Notes: generated from the letters alone by a model not told the origin. Shown: positions 18,497 to 31,196, counted from the first letter of the stretch. The stretch is DNA of 64,000 nt from Actinomycetota bacterium (GCA_046091825.1 JBJTCK010000105.1:4251-68250); one strand, 5' to 3'. A program made the numbers and translations.

Positions 18497-19690
18497 TTAC
18501 CCGCGGACCTGCACAACGCTATCCAACAGCGCGACCGCGACGGCGCGTTTCGAGGCGAGGGGAACCGTCTTCCGGTCGCCTGTGGACAACCAGATGGTGA
18601 CCGCGTTCGTGTCGTGGCCGAAACCCACCCCGGGGGCGGACACGTCGTTCGCCACGACCATGTCCAGGTTCTTGCGGCGGAGCTTGTCGAGGGCGTTCGC
18701 CTCCAGGTCGTCGGTCTCGGCGGCGAAACCCACCAGCACCTGGCCGGGGCGCTTTGACTCCCCCAGCCCGGCGAGTATGTCCGGGGTCGCCTCCAGGACT
18801 ATCTCGGGAGCCCCGTCCCTCTTCTTCAGTTTCCCGCCGGCGGCGCGCACGGGGCGGAAGTCGGCAACTGCGGCAGCCATCACCACGACGTCGGCGGCCG
18901 GCGCGACCCTGTCGACCGCGGCCTTCATCTGCTCGGCCGTCTCCACGCACACGACATCGACGCCGGCGGGTGCGGGGATCTCGACGGTCGACACCAGCGT
19001 CACGCGCGCACCGCGCTCTGCCGCCACCGCCGCCACCGCGTAGCCCTGCTTGCCGCTCGACCGGTTGGCGATGACGCGCACGGCGTCGATCGGCTCGCGC
19101 GTGCCGCCAGCCGTCACGAGAACATGGAGACCGTCCATGTCCCTTGCCGTGCCGAGGACGGCCGTCGCCGCGCCGACGATGGACTCCGGCGAGGCGAGGC
19201 GCCCGGCTCCCGAGTCGCCGCCCGCCAGGCGGCCGGATTCCGGGTCGACAACATGCACCCCGCGCCCGCGGAGGACGGCGAGGTTGTCCTGCACCGACGG
19301 GTGTTCCCACATCTCGGTGTGCATCGCTGGGCAGACGATCACGGGGGCCCTCGTCGCGATCAGCGTGGCCACCAGGAGGTCGGCGGAGTATCCCGTTGCG
19401 TACGCACTGATGACGCGCGCCGTTGCGGGCGCCACCACGACGAGATCGGCGGACTGGCCGAGCCTGGTGTGCGGGATGGACGAGTCGTCATCCCAAAGCG
19501 AGGTGTGGACCTTCTCCGACGAGAGGGCCGAGAATGTGACCGGACCGACGAAACGATGGGCGTCCTCGGTCATGATGACCGACACGTGGGCCCCTGCGTC
19601 GACCATGCGACGGCAGACCTCGACGGCCTTGTAGGCCGCGATGCCGCCGGCAACGCCGAGGACGATTCTCCGGCCGCTCAGGCTGGACAT
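18497..19690 (-). CDS. coaBC: bifunctional phosphopantothenoylcysteine decarboxylase / phosphopantothenate-cysteine ligase
   Basis: Trimmed to ATG 19688-19690 (MSSLSGRRIVLGVAGGIAAYKAVEVCRRM..). Flavoprotein N-domain plus a CoaB domain (TAGGTREPIDAVRVIANRSSGKQG). Confidence 0.92.
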   Translation of the reverse strand: MSSLSGRRIVLGVAGGIAAYKAVEVCRRMVDAGAHVSVIMTEDAHRFVGPVTFSALSSEKVHTSLWDDDSSIPHTRLGQSADLVVVAPATARVISAYATGYSADLLVATLIATRAPVIVCPAMHTEMWEHPSVQDNLAVLRGRGVHVVDPESGRLAGGDSGAGRLASPESIVGAATAVLGTARDMDGLHVLVTAGGTREPIDAVRVIANRSSGKQGYAVAAVAAERGARVTLVSTVEIPAPAGVDVVCVETAEQMKAAVDRVAPAADVVVMAAAVADFRPVRAAGGKLKKRDGAPEIVLEATPDILAGLGESKRPGQVLVGFAAETDDLEANALDKLRRKNLDMVVANDVSAPGVGFGHDTNAVTIWLSTGDRKTVPLASKRAVAVALLDSVVQVRG

Positions 19691-19700
19691 GTGCGTCGGC

Positions 19701-20042
19701 CTATTCGGCGTCTTCCGCGGGGGCGTCAGAGGGATCCGCGAGGTCACCGAACATCTCGGCAGCCTCGGCCTCCATCTCCTCGTAGTCGAGGCGCTCCGTC
19801 TTCACGATCTTGCCTGCGGCGATTTCCTCGAAGGCGATCGACAGCGGCTTGCGGGCGACCGAGGAGACCTGCGGAGGGATCGCGTGACCCAGGCCCTCAC
19901 CGAGCTGGTTGAAGTAGGAGTTGATGCCGCGGGCGCGGTACGACGCGAGGGTCACGAGCGCGAACTTGGAGCCCTCCAGGTCGGGACGCGAGAGGAGGGT
20001 CTCGATCTGCGGGTCGATCATCGAATCGTACTGGCGGGACAT
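19701..20042 (-). CDS. rpoZ: DNA-directed RNA polymerase omega subunit
   Basis: 113 aa with SKFALVTLASYRARGIN and KPLSIAFEEIAAGKI. Acidic C-terminal tail. GAGGAG SD upstream. Confidence 0.9.
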   Translation of the reverse strand: MSRQYDSMIDPQIETLLSRPDLEGSKFALVTLASYRARGINSYFNQLGEGLGHAIPPQVSSVARKPLSIAFEEIAAGKIVKTERLDYEEMEAEAAEMFGDLADPSDAPAEDAE

Positions 20043-20071
20043 GTGATGCTCCTCGTGGTCGGCACTTCAGG

Positions 20072-20626
20072 CTACCGACGGGCCGCCCGCGCCGCACCGA
20101 TGAAATCCCTCAATTCCCGCGTGGCGCGGGCCAGGTCGTCGTTCACGATCACCAGGTCGGCCAGCCTGCCGCCGAGTGCCTCTTCGTCCTCGGCCTTCCT
20201 GAGCCGCTCTGCCACATGGTGCTCCGGGTCGCCCCGCCCCAGGAGGCGCCGCTGCTGCTCGTCGCGCGACGGCGGCATCACGAAGACGAGCAGGGCCTCG
20301 GGATGACGCTCCTTCACCTGCTGGGCACCGTGCAACTCGATCTCGAGGAGGACGTCGTGGTCGTCGTCGGGCGACGGCACCGGGGACCCGTAGTAGTTGC
20401 CGAGGAACTCGGTCCACTCGAGGAAACCGTCGGCGGCGACCTTTGTCTCGAAGGTGCCGCGGTCCACGAACACGTAGGCATCCTCCGGTTCGCCCTCGCG
20501 GCGCGCCCGCGTCGTCCACGACCTGCTCAGCCAGATCCGGGACTCGACCTGGAGCAGCTCGTCCACGAGCGTGCCCTTCCCCGCACCGCCCGGGCCCGAC
20601 ACGATGATGATCAGCGGCTCACCCAT
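20072..20626 (-). CDS. gmk: guanylate kinase
   Basis: Trimmed to ATG 20624-20626 (MGEPLIIIVSGPGGAGKGTL, P-loop; SRSWTTRARREGE). Overlaps the mihF end by 8 nt. Confidence 0.93.
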   Translation of the reverse strand: MGEPLIIIVSGPGGAGKGTLVDELLQVESRIWLSRSWTTRARREGEPEDAYVFVDRGTFETKVAADGFLEWTEFLGNYYGSPVPSPDDDHDVLLEIELHGAQQVKERHPEALLVFVMPPSRDEQQRRLLGRGDPEHHVAERLRKAEDEEALGGRLADLVIVNDDLARATRELRDFIGAARAARR

Positions 20627-20903
20627 TGCTGCACCTGCACGCGGACACCACCGAGCGGACCTCACCGGCGGTCATCTCGCCGATACGCACGCGCGGCGCG
20701 AGCCCGAGACCGGCCATCAACCGTCTCCCTGCCACCTTGCCCAGGCAGGGATGGACGTCCAGGACCTTGACGAGGTAGGCGTGGCCCGTGTCGGACCGCG
20801 CGAGGACGACCGCGAGCGGAGACGACGAGCCGGCCGCGACCGCCCTCTCGATCTCGCCGCGCCAGGCACCCACCGTGTCGAGTGCTGTCCGGCGCGCATC
20901 CAT
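20619..20903 (-). CDS. mihF: actinobacterial integration host factor MihF
   Basis: 94 aa with VKVLDVHPCLGKVAGRRLMAGLG and the conserved mihF-gmk-rpoZ order. Confidence 0.85.
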   Translation of the reverse strand: MDARRTALDTVGAWRGEIERAVAAGSSSPLAVVLARSDTGHAYLVKVLDVHPCLGKVAGRRLMAGLGLAPRVRIGEMTAGEVRSVVSACRCSNG

Positions 20904-20909
20904 GCACGG

Positions 20910-20915
20910 ATTCTA
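20910..20915 (-). promoter_or_regulatory. -10 hexamer TAGAAT 6 nt upstream of the mihF ATG (leaderless-type promoter)
   Basis: The minus strand reads TAGAAT-CCGTGC-ATG. No SD is possible. Confidence 0.5.
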
Positions 20916-20950
20916 GTTGCGGTCCCTGTTCGGCGCCGTTGTGCACCCCG

Positions 20951-21889
20951 TCAGCGGGCCGGGAGCGCCGCCCCGCAGAGTTCCCCCCACGTCGCAGTAC
21001 CTGCGCGACGTGCCTCGCGCGCAGCGTCCCGGAGGATCCGCAGGCATGCATCGGGCCGGGCAAACGTCGCGGTGCCGACCTGCACGGCCTTCGCGCCCGC
21101 GAGCATCATCTCCACCGCGTCACGGCCTGACGTGATGCCCCCCACCCCGATGATGTCGAGGCCCGGGAGGGCGACGGCGACGTCGTGGACCGCACGCACG
21201 GCGACCGGGTGGATCGGTGGTCCTGACAGGCCCCCTCCGCCGTTCCCGAGCGAGGGGCGCCTCGTCCGGGTGTCGATCTGCATGCCGAGCATCGTGTTGA
21301 TGAGGGTGACCGCGGAGGCCCCGGCCGAGGACACGGCACCAGCGACCTCCACGATCCGGTCGGTGTTGGCGCTCAGCTTCGCCCACACCGGCACTCCCGA
21401 CTCCGCGACCACCGCGGCCACGACCTCTGCGCTGAGGACGGGGTCGTGGGCGAAGATCGAGTTCCGGCCCTCCAGGTTCGGGCACGACAGGTTCACCTCC
21501 ACCGCCACGGGCCCGGGGTGGCGCGCCAGCTGCCCGGCGGCCAAGCGGTAGTCCTCCACGGAGCGCCCCCAGATGCTCGCGATCGTCGTGGCCCCCGCAT
21601 CGCGCAGGAGCGGCAGTGACTCCGTGCACCACGCCTCGACGCCGGGGCCCTCCAGGCCGACCGCATTGATCATCCCGCTCCCCGCGACGTGCACGCGCGG
21701 TGCGGGGTTGCCGGGCCACGGCGAGTGGTAGAGCGACTTCACCACCACTGCGCCGAGCAGCGACAGGTCGAAGTACGCACCGAGCTCGGTGTCGTGGCCG
21801 GCAGTCCCCGACGCGGTCATCACTGGGTTGGACAGGGCCACCCCACCAACGCCCACCGCGCCGAGCCGGGACCACGTGTCACGGGACAT
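20951..21889 (-). CDS. pyrD: dihydroorotate dehydrogenase, class 1 (1B-like catalytic subunit)
   Basis: 312 aa with NPVMTASGTAG, GMINAVGLEGPG, VNLSCPN (active-site Cys) and GGGLSGPPIHPVA. No PyrK-like gene is adjacent. Confidence 0.9.
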   Translation of the reverse strand: MSRDTWSRLGAVGVGGVALSNPVMTASGTAGHDTELGAYFDLSLLGAVVVKSLYHSPWPGNPAPRVHVAGSGMINAVGLEGPGVEAWCTESLPLLRDAGATTIASIWGRSVEDYRLAAGQLARHPGPVAVEVNLSCPNLEGRNSIFAHDPVLSAEVVAAVVAESGVPVWAKLSANTDRIVEVAGAVSSAGASAVTLINTMLGMQIDTRTRRPSLGNGGGGLSGPPIHPVAVRAVHDVAVALPGLDIIGVGGITSGRDAVEMMLAGAKAVQVGTATFARPDACLRILRDAAREARRAGTATWGELCGAALPAR

Positions 21890-21890
21890 G

Positions 21891-25186
<3,296 letters not shown>

Positions 25187-25187
<1 letters not shown>

Positions 25188-26275
25188 CAGCGGTTCTCCA
25201 TGAGGTCTGCGAACTGGGCGAAGAGGTAGCGGCTGTCGTGCGGGCCGGGGCCCGCCTCGGGGTGGTACTGGACGCTGAACGCGCGGTGGCCGGTGATGCG
25301 CATCCCCTCGTTCGTGTTGTCGTTGAGATTGACGTGCGTGATGTCGGCCACCCCGGACAGCGAGTCCGGGTCGACGCAGAAGTTGTGGTTCTGGCTGGTG
25401 ATCTCCACGGTCCCCGTGGCGAGATTCCTCACCGGGTGGTTCCCGCCGTGATGGCCGAAGGGGAGCTTGAAGGTGTGCCCTCCGAACGCGCGCGACAGGA
25501 GCTGGTGCCCGAGGCAGATGCCGAACGTGGGCACGCCCGCCTCGACGATGCTGCGGATGGCGGTCGTGGCACCGGCAACCATGCCCGGGTCTCCCGGCCC
25601 GTTCGACAGGAACACGCCGTCGGGCGACATGGCGAGCACTTCCTCGGCAGTGGTGGAGGCCGGCACCACGGTCACGCGCGCGATGCCGGAGAGACAGCGC
25701 AGGATCGTGGTCTTGATGCCGAAGTCGTAGGCGACGACGGAGAATCTCCCGCCGTCGACGGTGTACGGCGCCGCAGTGGTGACCTCGGCGACGAGGTCCA
25801 CGCCGGATGTGCCCCTGTCGGCGCGGGCCGCAGCCAGGAGCGTGGCCGCATCCGCCGTGCCGAAGGCGCCACGCAGCGACCCCGCGTCGCGCAGGATGCG
25901 GGTGAGACGCCGGGTGTCGAGCCCCGCGATCCCCGGCAGGCGGTTGGCCGAGAGCATGCCGTCGAGGTCCTCCGTGGCACGCCAGTTGCTGTGCCTGCGC
26001 GCGAGCTCGCGCACGATCACACCCCGCGCGAAGGTGCCGCGCGACTCACTGTCGGCGGCGGTCGCGCCGTAGTTCCCGATATGGCTGTTCGTGAAGGTGA
26101 TGATCTGGCCGGCGTACGAGGGATCGGTGATGACCTCCTGGTACCCGGTCATCACCGTGTTGAAGACGACCTCACCGGCTGCGACCCCGTCGGCGGGGAC
26201 GTGCCCGATCGCCTCGCCCTCGAAGACGGAGCCGTCCTCCAGCACGAGCTGTGCCTCCTTGATGAGCGTCGTCAT
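25187..26275 (-). CDS. carA: carbamoyl-phosphate synthase small (glutaminase) subunit
   Basis: Trimmed to ATG 26273-26275 ([24 protein letters not shown]). Has GICLGHQLL (catalytic Cys). ATGA overlap with the pyrC stop. Confidence 0.95.
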
Positions 26276-27564
26276 GCCAGTGCCTTTCCGTTTCTCACGA
26301 CCGTGCGGCCGCCGAGGATCGTGTGAACGTTCCGGCCGCGCAGTTCCATCCCGTGGAACGGCGTGTTCGTGCTGCGGCTCGCGAGTGCGTCCCGCGAGAC
26401 GGTCCACACCTCGGCCGCGTTCCAGACCGCGATGTTCGCCGGCTCCCCGGGTTCGACGGGACGCCCGTGGGTGTCAGAGATGCCGGCGATCCGCGCAGGG
26501 TTCCAGGACATCAGCTCGCACAGCCGCTGCGGGTCCGGGTTGACCGCGGTGACGAGCACTCCGAGCGCTGTCTCCAGCCCGAGCATCCCCGGGGGAGCCT
26601 GGTCGAGCGGGAGTTCCTTCGTGTGCGCGGCGTGCGGGGCATGGTCGGTCGCGACCGCATCGATGGTCCCGTCGGCCACCCCGGCCTTGAGTGCGGCGAT
26701 GTCCTCGCGCGTGCGCAACGGTGGGTTCACCTTGAACACCGGGTCCCAGCCCGCGAGCAACTCGTGGTCGAGCGCGAGGTGATGGGGCGTGACCTCGGCG
26801 GTCACCGGGAGGCCGTCGGCCTTGGCCCGGCGCACCAGTTCCACGCTCCCGGCCGTGGAGAGGTGCAGGAAGTGCATCGGCGCGCCGGTGAGACGGACGA
26901 GCTCAATGTCGCGGTGGAGCATCAGCTCCTCGGCGAGGGCGGGCCAGCCCGGCACCCCCATGTGCGAGCAGCACGAGCCCTCGTGCATCACGGCCCCCTC
27001 GGTGAGCCTGGACACCTCGCAGTGCTGGGCGAGCGTGATGCCGAGGTCGCGCGCGTACTCAAGGGCTCGCCGCATCAGCAGCGGATCCTGCACGCCGTTG
27101 CCGTCGTCGGTGAAGAGACGCACCCCAGCCGCGGCGAGCGACGCGTAGGGCGCCAGGGCCGTCCCGGCGCGGCCGACGGTGATGCACCCGGCCGGGTGCA
27201 CGTCGACGAGACCGGCCCGCCTCCCCTGCTCCCGGACGAACTCCACGACCATCACGGAGTCCTGGGCGGGGTCCGTGTTCGGCATCGCGACCACCGCCGT
27301 GTACCCGCCGGTCGCGGCGGCACGGCTTCCTGTCTCAATCGTCTCGGCCTCTTCCTTTCCGGGCTCGCGCAGGTGCGTGTGGAGGTCGACGAACCCCGAG
27401 GACACGTGGCAACCGGCGGCGTCCAGCACCTCGTCACCCTCCAGGCCGGGCCCGACCTCGGCGATGACGCCGTCCACGATCACGACATCCGCCACCGTGA
27501 CAGAACCGGGGTTGACCACCGTCCCGCCCTTCACGACCAGTCTTTTTCCTGACCCCACAGTCAT
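26272..27564 (-). CDS. pyrC: dihydroorotase
   Basis: Trimmed to ATG 27562-27564 (MTVGSGKRLVVKGGTVVNPG..). Has FVDLHTHLREPG and ATDHAPH metal-binding motifs. Confidence 0.93.
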   Translation of the reverse strand: MTVGSGKRLVVKGGTVVNPGSVTVADVVIVDGVIAEVGPGLEGDEVLDAAGCHVSSGFVDLHTHLREPGKEEAETIETGSRAAATGGYTAVVAMPNTDPAQDSVMVVEFVREQGRRAGLVDVHPAGCITVGRAGTALAPYASLAAAGVRLFTDDGNGVQDPLLMRRALEYARDLGITLAQHCEVSRLTEGAVMHEGSCCSHMGVPGWPALAEELMLHRDIELVRLTGAPMHFLHLSTAGSVELVRRAKADGLPVTAEVTPHHLALDHELLAGWDPVFKVNPPLRTREDIAALKAGVADGTIDAVATDHAPHAAHTKELPLDQAPPGMLGLETALGVLVTAVNPDPQRLCELMSWNPARIAGISDTHGRPVEPGEPANIAVWNAAEVWTVSRDALASRSTNTPFHGMELRGRNVHTILGGRTVVRNGKALA

Positions 27565-27628
27565 CTCCCCTCGTCCAGGTGCGTGCCCGCGGGCAGGCAC
27601 GGCGTTCCGTCGGTTCCTCTTGTCGTGC

Positions 27629-28573
27629 TCATGCGTCCCCCTGGGCCAGTCCCGCGGCCGCGCCGCCGAGGAGCGTGAACAACACCGCCATGCGGACGGC
27701 GACACCGTTCGTGACCTGGGCGAGGATCCTCGAGCCGGGCAGTGTGGACGGGTCGACCAGCATCTCGAGGCCCCTGTTCATGGGCCCCGGGTGCATCACG
27801 AGCGCGTGGTCGGGCAGCCGTGCGGCCCGTGCGGCATCCAGGCCGAAACGTGCCGAGTACTCGCCGAGCTCGGGCACGAGCGCGGAATCCATCCGCTCCC
27901 GCTGCATCCGCAGCATGTACAGAACGTCGCAGGAGTCGATCACCTCGTCGATGCCGTGTGCGGTGCCCACCCCTTCGGGCAGGCCGCCGGGCGGGAGCAG
28001 CGTGGAGGGGGCGACGACGGTGACAGCGGCTCCGAGCTTGGCGAAGACGTCCATGTCGCTGCGGGCGACCCGCGAGTGCTTGACGTCCCCGACGATCGCG
28101 ACCTTCCGCCCGGCCATGGAGTTCCCGTCGCCGAACGAGCGCGTGACGGTGTACGCGTCCAGGAGGGCCTGCGTGGGGTGCTGGTGCCACCCGTCCCCCG
28201 CGTTGATGACTGCCGCGTCGGTCCACCGCGTGACGGCCTCGGGCACGCCGCTCGACTTGTGGCGCACGACGAATGCGTCGACCCCCATCGCCGAGAGCGT
28301 CTCGACCGTGTCCCGGAGACTCTCCCCCTTGTTGACGCTGGAGGTCGAGGCGCTGAACGTCACCGTGTCGGCCGAGAGGCGCTTCGCGGCCGTCTCGAAG
28401 CTGAGGCGCGTGCGCGTGCTGTCCTCGAAGAACACGCTCGCCACGGTGCGCCCCCGCAGCGCAGGCACCTTCGGCACCTGCCGCGTGCCGATCTCGGCCA
28501 TGTGGTCGGCGACGTCGAGGATCCCGCCGATTGCTCCCGCATCGAGCGCCGCGGTGGTGATGAGGTGCTTCAT
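27629..28573 (-). CDS. pyrB: aspartate carbamoyltransferase catalytic subunit
   Basis: 314 aa with FFEDSTRTRLSFE and HPGPMNRG. ATGA overlap with the pyrR stop. Confidence 0.96.
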   Translation of the reverse strand: MKHLITTAALDAGAIGGILDVADHMAEIGTRQVPKVPALRGRTVASVFFEDSTRTRLSFETAAKRLSADTVTFSASTSSVNKGESLRDTVETLSAMGVDAFVVRHKSSGVPEAVTRWTDAAVINAGDGWHQHPTQALLDAYTVTRSFGDGNSMAGRKVAIVGDVKHSRVARSDMDVFAKLGAAVTVVAPSTLLPPGGLPEGVGTAHGIDEVIDSCDVLYMLRMQRERMDSALVPELGEYSARFGLDAARAARLPDHALVMHPGPMNRGLEMLVDPSTLPGSRILAQVTNGVAVRMAVLFTLLGGAAAGLAQGDA

Positions 28574-29121
28574 CCTGCCGTCACCTCCATCGTGGTGGAG
28601 ATGACGACACCCTCCGGCCCCACGGTGACGTCGTCAGCCATGTGGGTCGGGACGTTCTTCCCGACGTAGTCCGGGCGGATCGGGAGCTCGCGGTGGCCCC
28701 GGTCGACGATGACCGCCAGCTGCACCGCACGCGGCCGGCCGTGGTCGTTCAGCGCCTCGAGCGCGGCCCGCACCGTCCTGCCGGTGTAGAGGACGTTGTC
28801 GACGAGCACCACGGTCGCGCCGGTGAGGTCGCATGGGATGCTCGTGGGCGCGGCGGGGACGACAGGCCTGAGCGCCAGGTCGTCGCGGTACATCGAGACG
28901 TCGACGGTCCCGAGCGCCACGTCCCTGCCCGGCTCGATGGAGCCGATGTTCGCCGCGATCTGCTCGGCGATCCACACGCCCCCCGTCTGGACGCCGACCA
29001 CCACGAGCGCCCCGGCTCCCTGGTTACGCTCGACGACCTCGTGGGAGATGCGTGTGACGGCACGACGGATGTCGTCGCCGTCGAGGATGCGCGTCTCGCG
29101 GTGGGCAGCGGGCGGGTTCAC
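28570..29121 (-). CDS. pyrR: bifunctional pyr operon regulator / uracil phosphoribosyltransferase PyrR
   Basis: Trimmed from ORF 28570..29394 to GTG 29119-29121 (VNPPAAHRETRILDGDDIRRAVTRISHEVVERN..). PRPP motif VVLVDNVLYTGRTVRAA. Confidence 0.92.
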   Translation of the reverse strand: MNPPAAHRETRILDGDDIRRAVTRISHEVVERNQGAGALVVVGVQTGGVWIAEQIAANIGSIEPGRDVALGTVDVSMYRDDLALRPVVPAAPTSIPCDLTGATVVLVDNVLYTGRTVRAALEALNDHGRPRAVQLAVIVDRGHRELPIRPDYVGKNVPTHMADDVTVGPEGVVISTTMEVTAG

Positions 29122-29151
29122 GCGCGCGGAAGTGTCGGTGAGTTCCCGGGC

Positions 29152-29178
29152 AAGAAAAACGCCCCGCTGGCGGGGCGT
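29152..29178 (-). terminator. intrinsic terminator in the pyrR leader (attenuator)
   Basis: Minus-strand RNA reads ACGCCCCG-CCAG-CGGGGCGU followed by UUUUUCUU, 30 nt upstream of the pyrR GTG. It may also terminate the upstream DUF2079/nusB/efp unit. Confidence 0.75.
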
Positions 29179-29218
29179 GCGTGCGTCGTGGTGTGATCCA
29201 TGCGGTTGTCCTTCCGTT

Positions 29219-29236
29219 CGGGCCTCACAGGACCCG
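29219..29236 (-). promoter_or_regulatory. PyrR-binding-loop-like hairpin
   Basis: RNA CGGGUCCUGUGAGGCCCG resembles the UCCAGAGAGG core of known PyrR binding loops. An antiterminator partner CGGGGCGUG (plus 29259-29267) is complementary to the 5' arm of the terminator (plus 29171-29179). Confidence 0.6.
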
Positions 29237-29314
29237 TTTGACGGTCGATGCGATGTTACACGCCCCGGCGCGCAGGCGCCACAGTCCCGTCGGCCGGGGT
29301 GCGCAGGATGGCCG

Positions 29315-30760
29315 TTACGGTGCCGGCGAGGACGGGATCCGCCGGAACACGGCCCAGTGGTCGTTGCGGGCCACCGTCTCGAAGTCCCCGGCAATCGCCG
29401 CCCAGTCCTTCTTCATGCCCTCGTCCATCTCCAGCGGGAGCACGACCCACTCGACGATCCCGGCACGGGGGTCCCGCGTCCCCTCGAGACTGATGTCTGT
29501 GCCGTACAGCACCACCCGGAACGGGTTCGGGAACTGGTACACGTGGACGCGGTGGGCCATGTGGGGGGCCAGGGAGTGGAAGACCGACACCGCCGCATCG
29601 CCGGGAACCTCCTTGATGATCTCCCTCGCGGCAGTCGCGACAGGGTGGGATGCCGGCCAGTGGGCGATCTCGTTGCGCGCCCCCGGCAGGACCGTCCACA
29701 TCAGCCCCGAGACGACCGAGCACAGGGCGACGACCGTGACCGCCAGTGGCCGCGAGTTCCGGTGGAGGCGTGCCGCCCCCACGACGGTCGCGAACGCGAG
29801 CGCAGGAACGGCCACCAACGAGTAGTGGTACCCGATGTGGAACTGGTACCAGAAGTTGCTCACGATGTTCCCCGTCAGCACGAGCAGGCTGACGGCGGCG
29901 ATCTCGGGGGCCAGGAGGAACACGGGGCCGAACGGCACGAACATCTGCCACAGGTAGAACAGGCGGCCCTCGCTCGACAGGTACGACAGGACGTTCCCGG
30001 GGTTCGTCACGGTCTCCTTCAGGAACCCGCCGACGCCCCCGAACGGGATGCGCCATCCGTTGCGCGTCGGGACGCCGATCAGCGACCTCATCAGGACGAA
30101 CATCCCGGCAAGTGACGCAGCCACCGCGGCCGCCGCCGTCAACGCACCTCTCCGCCGCTCCCCCCGCAGCATCATGACGAGCCCCAGGGGCACGAGGACG
30201 AGCGACACGTCCTCTTTCACCGTCATGCACAGGACAACTGACACCCAGTACAGGCGCCAGCGCCTCTCCAGCATCGCGTAGAGCGCGAGCGGCAGGAAGA
30301 TCCCGAGGAAGGAGTCCGGGTGGAAGTTCTCCAGGTTGGAGCCGTTGACGGCAGGGTTGAGCAGCCAGGTCGCCCCGATGACCACCGGCATCACCTGGCC
30401 GCCCAGGCGGCGGCGCGCGAAGAAGTACAGCGGGAGCGCTCCGGCGGCGACGACGAAGGACTGGATGGCGAGGAGGGTCTCGGTCCCGGGGACGAGCCAG
30501 TAGAACGGCACGACGAGGAACATGACGACTGACGCATGGTCCCCGAGGAGGTTCCTCCCCATCAGGGTGACGAACGGGGCCTTGAACCTCGACAGCAGCC
30601 AGGTCCCCTGGTCGTACAGGCCCACGTCGTACGAGGACGTCCCGAGGCCGCGGTGGACGTCCCACTGGAGACGGGTCGCCCACACCGCATGGAGCAACAC
30701 GAGGACGACCATCGCAACGGTCGCCGCCTGCGGCGCGCGCAACCGGAACCTGGTGCCCAC
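29315..30760 (-). CDS. DUF2079-family polytopic membrane protein
   Basis: Trimmed from ORF 29315..31003 to GTG 30758-30760, just after the nusB stop. Has many TM segments and YDVGLYDQGTWLLSRFKAPFVTLMGRNLLGDHAS, typical of DUF2079. Confidence 0.7.
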   Translation of the reverse strand: MGTRFRLRAPQAATVAMVVLVLLHAVWATRLQWDVHRGLGTSSYDVGLYDQGTWLLSRFKAPFVTLMGRNLLGDHASVVMFLVVPFYWLVPGTETLLAIQSFVVAAGALPLYFFARRRLGGQVMPVVIGATWLLNPAVNGSNLENFHPDSFLGIFLPLALYAMLERRWRLYWVSVVLCMTVKEDVSLVLVPLGLVMMLRGERRRGALTAAAAVAASLAGMFVLMRSLIGVPTRNGWRIPFGGVGGFLKETVTNPGNVLSYLSSEGRLFYLWQMFVPFGPVFLLAPEIAAVSLLVLTGNIVSNFWYQFHIGYHYSLVAVPALAFATVVGAARLHRNSRPLAVTVVALCSVVSGLMWTVLPGARNEIAHWPASHPVATAAREIIKEVPGDAAVSVFHSLAPHMAHRVHVYQFPNPFRVVLYGTDISLEGTRDPRAGIVEWVVLPLEMDEGMKKDWAAIAGDFETVARNDHWAVFRRIPSSPAP

Positions 30761-30767
30761 GGTCCTG

Positions 30768-31196
30768 TCACTGCTCCGGGGGGCGGGCCTCTCGCGCCAC
30801 TGCGGCGAGGACGCCGTTGACGAAGCGCCCGGAATCGTCGGTGGAGAAACGCTTGGCCAGCTCGACCGCCTCGTCGATGACGACGGCAGTGGGCACGTCA
30901 TCGCGGGAGGTGAGCTCGAAGATGCCCATCCGGAGGATCGCGCGGTCGAGGACCGGCATCCGCTCGATCGTCCAGCCCTTCGAATGCCGCGCAATCGTCT
31001 CATTCAGGGAGTCCATCGCGGACTCGACGCCGTCCACAAGGAGGGACGTCAGTTCCCCCGAGACGATCGTCCTCTCCCCGAGCAGGACCGCGACGGGCAC
31101 TGACCTCTGCTCGGCCTCGTAGAGCAGCATCACGGCCTGCTCGCGCGCCTCCGTGCGGGCGTCGCGGCGGCGCGGGGTGCCGTTGCCCTGGGACAT
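30768..31196 (-). CDS. nusB: transcription antitermination factor NusB
   Basis: 142 aa with AREQAVMLLYEAE, LDRAILRMGIFEL and AVELAKRFSTDDSGRFVNGVL. Confidence 0.93.
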   Translation of the reverse strand: MSQGNGTPRRRDARTEAREQAVMLLYEAEQRSVPVAVLLGERTIVSGELTSLLVDGVESAMDSLNETIARHSKGWTIERMPVLDRAILRMGIFELTSRDDVPTAVVIDEAVELAKRFSTDDSGRFVNGVLAAVAREARPPEQ

